Assembly: GCA_051362555.1 (NCBI GenBank)
Contig: CM120643.1
Coordinates: 20,526,848-20,590,847 of the forward strand
Direction of reading: 5' to 3'
DNA length: 64,000 bases
Source of the DNA: Lingula anatina
Lineage: Eukaryota > Animalia > Brachiopoda
Below, in pieces: positions 11,601-24,880 of the stretch. Below the pieces are notes generated by a model, which made no database searches, had not been told where the DNA came from, and saw only the letters and a list, made by a program, of their open reading frames with translations. Position 1 is the first letter of the stretch. Every line of letters starts with the position of its first letter. The position numbers and the translations under genes are program-made.

Positions 11601-13822
11601 TAGGCCTAACCTTGTTCATTTTAGTCGACAGACTAAGCTAGAAGAAAGAAAAGATCATTATCGCCTCTCTTTACTTAGGAACAATAAGGATGGCTAGTGG
11701 CAGCATTTATAAGTTCTTTTATTTAGAAACTTTCCGATCCTTTGTCTGGGACTGCGTCCGAGAAACGGCGATAACGACAGAGACGTCCTCGAACATTTTG
11801 GACTCAGTGCAAATAAAAAAAAAATCCGTTAAGAAGTAGCCTTTAAATGTCCTGGCAAATAATTTTGCGATGGCTCAGAGAGTTCTAGAATGAATGACAA
11901 GCAACGACATTAGGGTTAATAATAGACTAAAAACTATCAGAGTGTAGGCCTGTCTTACTTCATTTCTAAGGCCATCTTGTGATACGAGTCATGCTACACT
12001 ACAAAAGAGGGGGTAGCAGTGGATGATTTAATACAGGGATACCATCGATAGTATATCAATAGAAAATCGCAATCCTCAAATGTTTTTTAATTCATTAAAT
12101 ATAAACGTTTTTTTCTCGTACAATGGGTCTGGTATAGTTGTATTGGCCTATCAGTTGGAAACACGTGGTTCGTCTACAATTGCAAATGGCGGAGGTGCCG
12201 TGGTAGTTATATTGTCGTAAAATTAGCTGGATACGGTGCACGTGAGAAAATTATTCATTAAATTTAGTTTTCGAGCGTCAGCTTAATCTGGTAAAATGCG
12301 AGACGAAAAAAATGATAGATAGAGCCTTATGACCCACTGTAGAATGATGCCGAATAATACATCAACGACGTAGTTTATCGGCAGATAAACGTGTTTCCAT
12401 TCTCGGCTGACTGAGGAAAGGTTTGAGAGAGCATTTAAAGAAGAGGTGGTCGAACCAATAGTGAGTAGGAAGTGTGCTGCAATCAAGACGAACAATACCG
12501 ATCATAAGTGGACAGCTAATAACCCCTTATTAACCCCGGGTTACGCGCTGCTGTGTTGACTCCTTGCTGGGAAGGGGTAGCGGCCTCCTACTGCTGTGCG
12601 TAATCAAACATTGTCTTCTAACATGCGGCTACACGACGGTTGCATTGTATTAATAAAGTAATACCTATTCATAAGGAAGGGGGCGGATGGTAATCTTACG
12701 AGAATTAAATCAGTTATCGATCATACGCGTACCAATAGTCGTGTTTTTTTTTAGCTATACGGTACCAGCATGCCATTAAAAGACTTTTTTTCTAGGATAC
12801 TTCTCACTCCTGTCAATATTTAAACTTTTTTGCTACTACCATACTACTGAGTGTTTTATAATCCAATAAAAATGCAATGTCAAACACTGTTTTCATATAT
12901 TTCAGATTGCTTTTTATTTCACATGACTAAAATGGGAAAAATTTTTGGTCATTTTTCGGGCTTTGCTTTAGCATAACTTTGGACTCGGAAGTGATATTTG
13001 GTTTCTGTTTTCAGTGTTTATCTTCACTTACACCATTCTCTAACATAGTGATTTAAGAATTCTTTGATCATATGTATGTAATTTGTTAATTAGCAATATG
13101 TAGGAAAATCTCAAAAATTGCCCAGGATTGTAAAAATGCCCATATTAGGATCATACTGGTGATGCACTTGACTCACATGCTCTTAATCAAAACAAATACT
13201 TCTAAAAACAGTGGATTTATCAGGAAATTTTATACTTGCAGGGGTAGATCAGAATAACAGGGATCGATATCCCATCAACCAATAGCTGTCTGACTTACCT
13301 GAAAGTTTGTGGAATTCGACTCTTTCAAAGCCTCTTTGGCTCCATCCAGACCTGCTACACCCCCCCTTTCAATGTTAGGTTTCTCCATCCCAGTGGCTCC
13401 TTCTAGCTGTGTCTGAAACTTTTCCTTTTCAACATTTCCTTCTGGATCACTGTCACTGCTGTCATTGTCTCCTTTCCTGCAGCAGAGCATTGGATTTATT
13501 GCATAACACAATAAAGACTATTTGTTTACATAAAACCTGACTTATTTACATAAGTGACACTTCACGATTTTTGTTTCACAGGGATATTAAAATGGTGAGA
13601 TCAGTTGATTAAAACTTACAGATGGAGATTAGTTTAATCTTTAATCTACCAGGTCTATTCTCTTATTCTTTTATGCCTTTTATCTTAATCCCCTCTGATT
13701 TGCAAGTTTTATTTGTCAAAACAATTCTGTATCAATACTCTTTTTGATAACATTTTATTTCTAGTAATTATCTGCTTTTTTGATATGTTTAAGAGTGTAA
13801 CATAAAAGAAAAATAATTCAAA

Positions 13823-16800
13823 AACAAGGCAGCAAAGCTGTCAAATGTACAGACAAAAAACAGAAAATAAAGATGCAAAAAAGGTCATTTTGTCAATTTT
13901 GATGCAATAATAAATAATGCTTATAATAGCACTGCCAGTCAACACTGAATTTTAATCTTGCACAACAGGTGACATGGTCAATAACAGGAGCGGACCCAGA
14001 GATATTTTCTGACAGTATTACAAAGTATCTATGTTGATCCATCCTCCATTTTGATGGTCTTCCAACAGAAAAAAATAGATACCAGTCAATATAAACTTAA
14101 TAACCTGACTGTCTTCCGGAAGACCCAGAAGATGGTCTCAATCCACCCCTTCAATAAGATTACAGTTTCAGGACCATGAGAGTTCAAATTCACATTATGA
14201 AAGTCTCAATATTTGAAAAATGATGACAGTGCATAAAATAATATTACATAATGTTTAAAGACATAAAAAACAATACAACTGCTTATGTAGAAATACAGAA
14301 AATGTGCAGAGCCCCAGGCAGATGAGAGCCTGCCTGGGGCTAAAAGTCACAAATGCAAGTGTTTGAGAAAAAATTATAAAGAAAAACAACAAAACTAGAA
14401 AAGCACTTTGAGAGTGCAGACCTCTGCCAAGGCAGCAATTGTTGATTATTATTGATAATTGATTGATTATTGATCTGGACCACCACCAAAAATTAATCAT
14501 TGTCCTCTTTGGCCCACTTCCGACAGTTCCTGAAAATTTCTGCAAAATCAGTCCATAACTTTTTGTGTTATGTGGATGACAGACAAACAGGGGTGAAAAT
14601 ATAACCTCCTTGGCAGAGCTTGAGGTAAATATAATTCCAATGAAGCTGCTATTCAAACTTTTAATCTTCCAGTATATATATATATATTTAAAACTTATTT
14701 GCAATATTAAACAAAATTTACCTGCATAATTATCACTGCTTCCTTATTATTAATCTAGCAAAGAGCTTTACCTTTGGGAGTTTACAGGGAAATATCAACA
14801 AGTGTGCTTTACGTAATCTCATTTAATGGCCTATAAAGCAAATGACTTTATAACTCTGAAATTAATCTAGTGATACCCAAGGGTAATTTACAGACTGACC
14901 CACTCAAAGGTCTTCAGGCCCATAAGTCACACCTTAAGAAAAGCACAAAACCATAATGCCCAAAATAGGAGAATACCAATCCTGATGCAATAATACAGTA
15001 TGTTTAACTGCACAGTCAACATCAACTTATGCACAACAGGTAACACAGACGAAAGTAAAAGCATAAGGCTTCAGGCCCATCAGAGTTCAAGTTTATACTT
15101 AGAAAGTGCCAGATTGAGAAAAATGAAAATTTCACAAAAAATGCATAAATACAATAAACATGATAATCCAATAGAGCTGGTTTTCTCATGAGCTGAAGGC
15201 CAATCCTAAAAATCGTACTTGTAAGTTTAAAATTATAATAAGTAGCACAGTTTTCTTTTCATAATGTTTGCAGTAGCAGTGCGAAAAGATTGTCAATTTT
15301 GATGTAACATTACATAATAAATTAGAGAATAATTATCACCAATTTTTGTTTATTGACTATAAATAGGATGGACATGTAGAAAATATGATTACCATTTGGC
15401 TTCATGTCCATGGGAGCTCCGAGTCCCACAATGAATATGCCAAAAAAGATAATGAATATAACACTAAAATGTATAACTTCCAGAAAAAGAAGCCAATTAG
15501 ACTGCTTTTCTAACTCAGGCTGCATTTTAGTCCTGTGTTTCTTTTTTGAAAGTTTGACAGTCATAAGTAACACGGTTTTTCCATAATGGTCATCAAGGCA
15601 GCAGCACCAAAAATTGTGTTTTCTTCTATTTTGATGCAACATTACATAATGCTTAACAGCATAATGACCATCGATTTTTAATAATAAAATATAAGTGTCA
15701 TGGATTTTCACAAAATGTGACTAGCACGGGTCTTCAAGCCCGTGGAGGTTCTAAGTCGCACCTTGGAAATGTCAATATGTGAAAAATTAAATTTTCACAA
15801 AAAACTGTTTAATTGCCAGAAAAATTTACCAAACAGACTGCATTGCCTACTGAAGCTGTATTTTAGACCCATGTTTCTTTCCTGTAAGTTTGAGAACAGT
15901 AATTGACATGATTTTTGTTAAATGGTCATCATGGGAGCAGTGCCCAAAATAGGGGTTTCTTCAAATTTTGATGCAACATTACATAATGTTTAACAGCATA
16001 ATGACCATCAATTTTTAATTATAAAATATTAGTATCACGGATATTCAGAAAATGTGACAAGCAAAGGTCGTCAGGATCATGGAACTTCAAAGTCACACCT
16101 TGAAAATGCCAATAAGTGAAAAATTAAATTTTCACAAAAAACTGTTTAATTGCCAGAAAAATTTACCAAACAGACTGCATTGCCTACTGGAGCTGTATTT
16201 TAGTCCCATGTTTCTTTCCTGTAAGTTTGAGAACAGTAAGTGACATGATTTTCCTTAAATGGTCATCATGGGAGCAGTGCCCAAAATAGGGGTTTCTTCA
16301 AATTTTCATGCAATATTACATAATGTTTTACAGCATAATGACCATCAATTTTTAATTATAAAATATTAGTATCATGGTTATTCAGAAAATGTGACTAGCA
16401 AAAGCCTTCAGGCCCATGGAACTTCAAAGTCACATATTGAAAATGCCAAAATGTAAACAATACAGCACTGTTCTGAAATGGGTTCATTTCCATTTTTAAC
16501 ACTTTTTAAACATAAAACAAAATAAACAGTTTACTGCCATTTTTATATGACCAATGAAGAAAATTGATGAGATGGGAAAAGTATCAATAGAACAGTTTTA
16601 AATGCCCAACTTCCTCCATTCTGAGATTCTGAACATAGTGGATGAATGCATCTGACAAACTGCAATGATATGAGTTTATTTCCATTTTTGACACTTTATT
16701 ACACAATACATGATAACAAGTTTACCATCATTTTTACAAAATCAACTAACAATGTTGTAAAAATGCAGGAAATGCCAAACAAACACATTTACGTATCTTA

Positions 16801-17914
16801 TTAGTTCAATAATGAGACTGTTAACATGCCTAAGAATTGAATGTGAGGAAATGTGAAAAAACAGCATTACCTTTTAAAATAATGGACTGATTATGCTGAT
16901 TTTCAAACTCAACCTGCGTTTTAGTAAGATTGGCCCCTCCTGTGAGTATAATGACAATTGGCCAATCTGTTTTTCTTATATTGTGTTATCAGTGTTGCAT
17001 ATATACTGAAAAAAGTGAAAAAAAACAGCATAAATTCCCTATAAGTGACCCGATCGTGCTGATTTTCAAACTTGACCTGCGTATTATGAATATTTATCAG
17101 TTCTGTAAGTTTCAAGCCAAAGGGTAAAACAGCTCTTCATTTATTGTGTTATCAGTGTTGCAAAAATGCTGAAAAAAAGTGAAAAAATAGCCTAAATTCA
17201 CTAAAAATGACCCAATCATGCTGATTTTCGAACTTGACCTGCGTATTATGAATATTCATCAGTTCTGTAGGTTTCAAGCCAAAAGGTCAAATGGTTTTCC
17301 ATTTATGGTGTTATCGGTGCTGCATATATGCTGAAAAAAGAGAAAAAATAGCCTAAATTCACTAAAAATGACCCAATCACGCTGATTTTCGAACTTGACC
17401 TGCGTATTATGAATATTCATCAGTTCTGTAAGTTTCAAGCCAAAAGGTAAAATGGTTTTCCACTTATCGTGTTATCGGTGCTGCATATATGCTGAAAAAA
17501 GTGAAAAAACAGCATAAATTCCCTATAAGTGACCCGATCATGCTGATTTTCGAACTCGACCTGTGTATTATGAATATTCATCAGTACTGTAAGTTTCAAG
17601 CCAAAAGGTACAATGGTTTTCCACTTATCGTGTTATCGGTGCTGCATATATGTTGAAAAAAGTGAAAAAACAGCATAAATTCCCTAAGAGTGACCCGATC
17701 ATGCTGATTTTCGAACTTGACCTGCGTATTATGAATATTCATCAGTTCTGCAAGTTTCAAATCAAAAGGCAAAATGGTTTTCCACTTATCGTGTTATCGG
17801 TAAAAGTGCACGGCGACGGCGACGACGGCGACGACAGCGACAGCGACGACGGCGACGGCGACGACAGACGCAGATGATGGCTATATGTACAGACACATCT
17901 GTGTCTGTACATAA
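13823..17914. mobile_element. Non-autonomous Helentron-associated (HINE/DINE-1-like) element, family A copy 1
   Basis: AACAAGGCAGC terminus, subterminal ATGTACAGAC, internal ~338-bp and ~161-bp tandem arrays, GACGAC/GGC microsatellite, terminal hairpin ATGTACAGACAC-ATCT-GTGTCTGTACAT, A-rich flanks. Confidence 0.75.
14393..14627. mobile_element. Small HINE-like element nested in family A copy 1
   Basis: AACTAG start, inverted repeat CTCTGCCAAGG / CCTTGGCAGAG, short GACA repeat; absent at the homologous position of family A copy 2 (~32355). Confidence 0.65.
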
Positions 17915-20900
17915 TAAAAATAAAATTGGAAAATAGTTTAGCCTTTTTTATAAATAAAACAAATAATAACAAATCTAAAATAAAATAAACAAATATTGAG
18001 CAAAATATATATAAATGAATTTTCATTACTTCTTATTTCCACCACCACTGCTGTTCTTTACTGGTTCCTCTTTCTTGCCACTGGCATGCTGTCTTAATTT
18101 ATCTGCTCTCTCCAAATATAAAATACACTTAGCTCTGATAATTTCCCAAGCTTCGTCACTATCTGCCTCATCTGAAATCAGAATAAATCACCTCCTAGTA
18201 TTACTGGAACTACCCAAGATTGTCAGCTTGGAAAATTTTTCAATGCTTGAATAAATGAGCATTCAGTGAAAGCTTTTACATTTAACCAAACAGTAATTTC
18301 TATAAATAGCAGCAAAAAGGCCACATATTCTAATTTTAATATTTTAATATGTTGCAATTTTACATAGAAACTTGCTTAAAAAAACACAAAATTCCAAAAT
18401 GCCTACATTTAATTGCATGGAGAAAGTACTCTACACCCTGCTTATACAGCCTCAAGGCTTCCTCATAATTCTTTTTCTTGCCTTCTTCCACAGCCTTGGT
18501 GACTAAGTCAATGGTTTTCTGGAAGGAGATGTGCATGTTCATGTAAATTAGTAATGCACTGTAATAAAAAGAAAGAAAAAATGGAGAACAAATTTTTCAT
18601 ATACAATTCAGCACTAAGTAGTACATTTGGTTTCTGGGGCGAAATGCGCAATAAGCACAAAAAGTTAATGCTCACAGACACATTGTTACTAGTATAACCA
18701 TTTTTATGAAAGGTGTCGGACCGTCGGACATGCTGTAATAACCAGGCGGTGGTTATATACACCTTTTCAGAGTTAATTTTTCATCAGTAAGTCAACTGAG
18801 ACAGGCAGGTATAGTTTCTGCTACATGATTTATTCAATCAACTGTACAACTCAGGTCTCTATGTCCCTCTATAAGTCTCTCTGTCCCTGCTTTTATACAT
18901 GAACTTAACTTACATTTTAAATTAACTTCTATTACTCACATGCGGCATGCCATGCCTTAAGGCCGGTAATAGGGTTAACTACGCTTAAAATCATGTTTTT
19001 GAGTTTTTTGTGTGTTTCTATTTATTAAAAAAGTATCTAACGTTGGATGTAATAATTTTTATGAATTTGCACCGCAAAATGTGTCTTTTGATGAGTTTTT
19101 CAACCACGGCACATGCCCTAGTCAGGCTGACAACTAAGCCATGCCTCTGTTACTAAGGGCCGTTGCCATGAGGGGTGTGGAGCATAGTTAATGAGCTATA
19201 AGCAGATTACGTGTGTGGTAATAGGTCATAAGTCTTACATCAGCTAAGCAGTGAAGAAGTCGAGTACGCTAAGGGGAAGAGAAAAGTTCGTGTTAAAAGT
19301 CTGACAGTGATCGTGAGGAAGAAACATTAGGTTCTGGGCACAGGCTTTGGCACAGTGGACAGTTGTTAGAAAGTGTCAACAATCAGCCTAGTAGGCATAC
19401 AGAAAGACAATAAAAAGTTTTTTGACAGAAGTTATAATTTGTATATGTAGCTCCCACTGGTATTAGACAGTAAAATGCTTCAAAAGATATGAATAGATAC
19501 TTTTTTTACAATCAACACGTTCGTGGTTTCAAAACTCAGCCACACTCTGTCATTTTATTCAAAAGCCTTCTCTCAACCACTTTTACCGCTGATTCTTGTG
19601 CCGCTGAGCATCTCCCCTTTATCTTAGCTGGCATTTCGAGAGATACCGCTCAGAAGTAATCACTGGATTTTTCCGTTGATCTGACGATAACCAAGTGCCG
19701 TGCAAAATAATCCTGCAGCGTTACCTGTCATAAACTCGTATTAACACAAGTGACGACCACTTGCTCTCGACAGACAGTTTCATCCGATCACTTTGCCGAT
19801 AGCAGAGAAGGAATCTCCCAGGTAAAATTACTCGATTGCCAAGGAAGACCTATTGAAACGTTCAAATGCAACTTCACACCTCTTAATTGCAGTCAAACGT
19901 AATTGTCTTTGTTAGCGCTTCCTTCTACATATCCTTGACACCCTACTGGGCATCACTAGGCTGGGGCCCTCTCCAGAGCTATCAATCAAAATGGCGGCAC
20001 GCTTACAAGTCTAAAGCGTGATCGGAAAATGTAACAAAAGCATGATTTTCTGCCCTTTCAAAGCACCCAAACAAAATATTTTTAGATGGCAATGAGCAAT
20101 GGTTCCATCTGATCGTATAACCAATAACAGGTAAATTTGCCAGCCAAGAATTTGACTAATAAGCTCTGTTAGCCAACCTGTGAACGTTTTTGGCTGTTTT
20201 AACAGCTTTCTGTATTGACGAGATAAGTGAATCGCTGTCAAGTATATCTCACTATCTGAGCAACCGATCGTGACAAAAGTTGCACTAATGTTGTTGGGAA
20301 TGTGGACTACAGCCTGATATCAGGGGTTTTAGAGGAAATTGTTTGTTTGAAAGTTATCGTCTTTTAAAGTGATTTACCCATTGAAATATGGGGTAATTTA
20401 ACGTAAAAGATGATAAAATCAAAAGTAAATAGCTTAAGACAATTCCCTGGTACCCGATTGAAGTGCTTTCATCCAGCTTTATGAGGCCGTTTGAATCACT
20501 TGAATAGCTGTCTTGGTTAAAGAGAAAATCTCAACTCCGAAAACGGCATTTTTCGCCCCAAATTGGCGCTATAGCGCACTTAATCTCTGTCTTTAATTGG
20601 CTTTTGGGAAGTATGTTTTAATTTTTTATAAAAACTTATAAGCCCAGGGCATTGTTTCTATGCGTTTGGTCGTTTTACTTTTACCGGTGCACAGTAACAT
20701 GAAAATCTGGCTCCCATGAAAATCTGACTCCCCAGTCAGATTTTCATAGTGAAAATCTGACTCCCCCCATGAAATTTTGACTCCCCCTCCACAAAACTTC
20801 ATAAATCTCTTATTTACTTTTAGTATATGACTGTGATCTTGTAGTATGTAAAATGGAGGATACATTAGCACTTTTCTGTAGTTTGCAGGTGAAAATTTTC

Positions 20901-21645
20901 ATGAAAAAATTAAAAATGTGCACATAATGAAAATCTGACTCCCCCATGAAAATTTGACTCCCCCTCCGCAAAACTTCATAAATCTTATTTTATTTTGAGT
21001 ATACGACTGTGATCTTGTAGTATGTAAAATAGAGGATACAATGGCACTTTTTTGTAGTTTACAGGTGAAAATTTTCATGAAAAAATAAGAAAATTAAAAA
21101 TGTGCACATAATGAAAATCTGCCTCCCCCATGAAAATTTGACTCCCCCTATGGGCCCTATCACAAAACTTCATAAATCTTATTTTTTGCACCCATTTTTT
21201 TACCATCAAACTTTCAAGTACTTCCAATATAATCTTCATAAAGTATCCTAAAGGGAAAGATGTTTAAATGGTCATCAAATGTCAAATAAATAACTTTTTT
21301 CATAGGGGTGTCCTTGTGTGGTAAAATACAAATCTTTAATTTTTTTTTTCATGAAAAATTTTCACCTTCAAACTAACAAAAAGTGCCAATGTGTCCTCCA
21401 TTATGCATACTACAAGATCATAGTCATTTACTCAAATAAAATGAGATCACAGTCATATACTCAAAATAAAATAAGATTTATGAAGTTTTGTGGAGAGCTC
21501 CCAGGAGTCAAATTTTCATTGGGGAGTCAGATTTTCATTATGTGCACATTTTTAATTTTCTTATTTTTTCATGAAAATTTTCACCTGCAAACTACAAAAA
21601 AGTGCCAATGTATCCTCCATTTTACATACTACAAGATCACAGTCA

Positions 21646-22650
21646 CAGGGTTCTGCCAAGGTCTCAAAAAAGGGGGGAGAATTCTCCCCTCTGAGCTTAA
21701 AAGTTGGGGAGATTTTGAGAAATAGTGGGAGATCAGGAAAAATGATATTTTACGTAAAAACATACACTGCTAGTCTGTATTGGTATTTTATTAAAGTTCA
21801 CAAACTGAACTGATTCAACTTTGGAAGTGATTTTACATAGACTGTATGTATATACAGTTGCAAATGATTTTTTTTATAAAAACTTTCACTTTAAGGCTAC
21901 GTGCCAACAATGATACACTGCTAATCTGTACTGTCCATAGCATCTGCCTCATTATCATAGCGGAGTCAAGAATAATCTCTTAACCAATCGTGTTGAAATT
22001 TCTGTGGCACTACTTTTGGTTTCTTTCTTTCTTTCTTTCAGGCCCTTCGATGGTATTTGGTCTGCAGACCTAAAATTTAAAAAAAGTTAAATTTTGTCCT
22101 ACTTACAAACTTATAATTTCTGCAACCAGACACCACAATCCAAAATAATTTTTAGGTTTTGATGATTAATCATGACTTAATTAACACTTTTATCAGGGGC
22201 GGATCCAGAGCTATTTACTGACAGTCTTCCAAATTATCTTTGTTGATTCATCCTCCAATTTTGACCGTCTTCCAACAGAAAAAATTAGATACCCGTCAAT
22301 GTAAACTTGAAAATCTGACCGTCTTCCAGAAGACCCAGAAGACGGCCTAAATCCGCCCCTGTTTATCAGGAAAAATTGTGTTTGGGTGTTAGTGTTTGGG
22401 AAGGACATTTTAATCTTTGATTTATCGTTTTCACAATATTGACTACTTTTTAAAATAAAGGCTAAAGTAAAAAAAATATAGGTAACACATTTGGTTGAGT
22501 GCATTCTATGAAAATATCCTTGATTAGAAGGCCCTACCTTTTTTTTCAAATTAGTATTCTCACACATATATACAGAGGAATAAACATATCAGAAACAGGT
22601 CTCCTTACTTCTTCACTGGAGTTAAACATTTCCTTTTTTCAACTTTTTAT

Positions 22651-22699
<49 letters not shown>

Positions 22700-23707
22700 C
22701 ATTACAGAGAGATAAGAATAAACATATCAAAAACGGGCCTCCTAACTTTTTAAACTTCTTTTTCATATTATCATACTCACATAGGAGGAATAAACATATC
22801 AAAAACGGGCCTCAGCTTCTTTTTCATATTATCATACTCACGTAGGAGGAATAAACATATCAAAAACGGGACCCGTCATTTTTTAACCTTTTTTTTTTTA
22901 ACTTTCACATGTAGAGGAATAATCGTATCAAAAACGGGTCTATTACCTTTTTTTACTTTCTTTCACATTTTCAAACGAAGTGTCAAGTGTCCTTCCAAAA
23001 CGTAAAATAAAAATGCCACGGAATGACCATACCTTTATCGTCGACGAACTGTCAGTTTCATCTGGAGTCGCATCTTCAGAAATTTGTTTCTTCCTTTTCT
23101 CAGACTTGTCAGGCGGAGAGACGGATTTACCTGACTTTGGCATAAAACTAAAAATAGATCTCTGTTTCTTAACTTTCACTTTCGGCAAGGAAGCCGCCAT
23201 TTTAACCACGCTTCACCAGTCTGAATATTACTGTCACGCCGTCTATCATTGGTTGACTGTCGCGCGAAATGAGAGAACCAATAAAACCGCTCACAGATTC
23301 GTGTGCTACTTTAGGCCGAGTGCAGCGGAGTCACCCGAGGATTGCCGATTGGACTGTAGTCATGAAGAGGTACTATTGATATTACGACAACAAATGACGA
23401 CGCTGCTTGAAACGATCTCTTACGAGGGTACACATGCAGTAAAACATCGTCGCAACATGACGACGTTAAGGACACTGTGTTAACAAGTCAATGCAGCGGA
23501 CGATGCGAAGAAATTTATACCGGTGATGATTATTTAGATAAACAATTTTAGACGCCACTCTCATTGTGTCTTTTATCATCTCAAGAACAATGATAGCACC
23601 CTCACTCGGTTTGTATGCGAGAATTTTCGCATCTTTGGTAATTTTTGTGCGAGAATTTTATTTTTTTGGCGAGAATCTCGCAGAATCGCGGCCTCGGCAG
23701 AACCCTG
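21646..23707 (-). mobile_element. hAT-like internally deleted element with 6-bp TSD (CAGTCA)
   Basis: TIR CAGGGTTCTGCC / GGCAGAACCCTG; short NLS-rich N-terminal ORF remnant at 22943-23209 (-). Confidence 0.75.
22194..22361. mobile_element. CAGGGGCGGAT MITE with 5-bp TSD (TTTAT)
   Basis: TIR CAGGGGCGGAT / ATCCGCCCCTG; decayed relatives lie inside the family A copies at ~13985 and ~31979. Confidence 0.75.
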
Positions 23708-23894
23708 CAGTCATATAGTTTTGTGGAGGGGAGTCAAATTTTCACGGGGGAACCAGATTTTCATTATGTGCACATTTTTAATTTTATTTTTTTCATGAAA
23801 ATTTTCACCTGCAAACTACAAAAAAAGTGCCAATGTATCCTCCATTATTCATACTACAAGATCATAGTCATTTACTCAAATAAAATTAGATTAA

Positions 23895-24880
23895 AGACAA
23901 TCTCAGTGCGTTAAACCCTTAAAATAGCACGAAAATGAATTTTCCTGGAAAACTCACCAATTTCCCCATAATGACCAAGGTATATCCTATCCAAAACTGT
24001 TCAGAAAATGAAGCTACCTAATACCGTTTTTAAGTTCCATTAAATAAGACGACTCGTCTTAAATACTCAGCTACCACCTCACAGTACGGCTTCAGAACGC
24101 GCAATTTCTCGCTAAGTCTCGCGGTTTACTATGAATGAAGTACTACGGCTGAGACCCGGATGTTACTATTTGGCGCCAAAACAGCAAACATGGCTCAGAC
24201 GCGCGTCAAGTCTGAACAGGAGAGCGACAAAAGGGGGCGAAAGAAAATAGCCACTCCAGTTCGAAAGATACGAAAGAAAATTAGAGACAGACGAAGAAGC
24301 ACTCAGACTGTGTATGTTGGGAGGGAGGTGGGGCGGTGGAGGACACTTAAAGCTGAGTTAGGACTCACATACGAGGCAATGGCGAAACTACTCCTCGACA
24401 CGTGAGTATGCGCTTCACAGGTCTCAAGTGTGTCTGATTATCATATTATCCTGTTCACAATAAATGACAATATTTGTGCTCATACAAAGTTGGTTACGTG
24501 TATAAGAGTGTTTTGGGCTTTACGTTTTCTGTTTTTGATCGGTACATGTACCGAAAAGATGGACAGGCGGCACTTACATGTCTGACAAGTTTCGCTGTGT
24601 AGTCGTGACGTCTATCTCATGCTGACTGAAGCCTGCTGTGATTGGTCGTAAGCGTGGGAAAATCGAGGTCGTGACCTTGAGCCGGAAGTACTTCTGGCTG
24701 TGCTCCGAAATCATGATAAATAGTTTTCGTTTTCTAATTCTTTATTCTAGTTGTCTTAACAGGACTTTTGTGACCCAGACTTATTCATATAATAATAAAC
24801 AATCTCCCAAAACACAAATCTGATCAAAGTTTTACATAGAACCTGCTTCTATACATTAATCTAACCCACTGAGTTGTCCT
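23895..24880 (+). mobile_element. TTAA-flanked Kolobok-like element with a first-exon ORF
   Basis: TTAA-AGACAATCTCAGTG ... CACTGAGTTGTCCT-TTAA; ORF MAQTRVK...VYVGREVGRWRTLKAELGLTYEAMAKLLLD ends at a GTGAGT donor (~24402). Confidence 0.7.

Noticed and set aside
12535-12606. GC-rich hairpin with a CCTCCT loop as an HDV-like ribozyme
   Set aside because: P3, P1.1 and J4/2 could not be assembled into the double pseudoknot.
19550-20240. ORF fragments in family B elements as a transposase
   Set aside because: Multiple stops in both copies and no DDE or THAP motif recognised.
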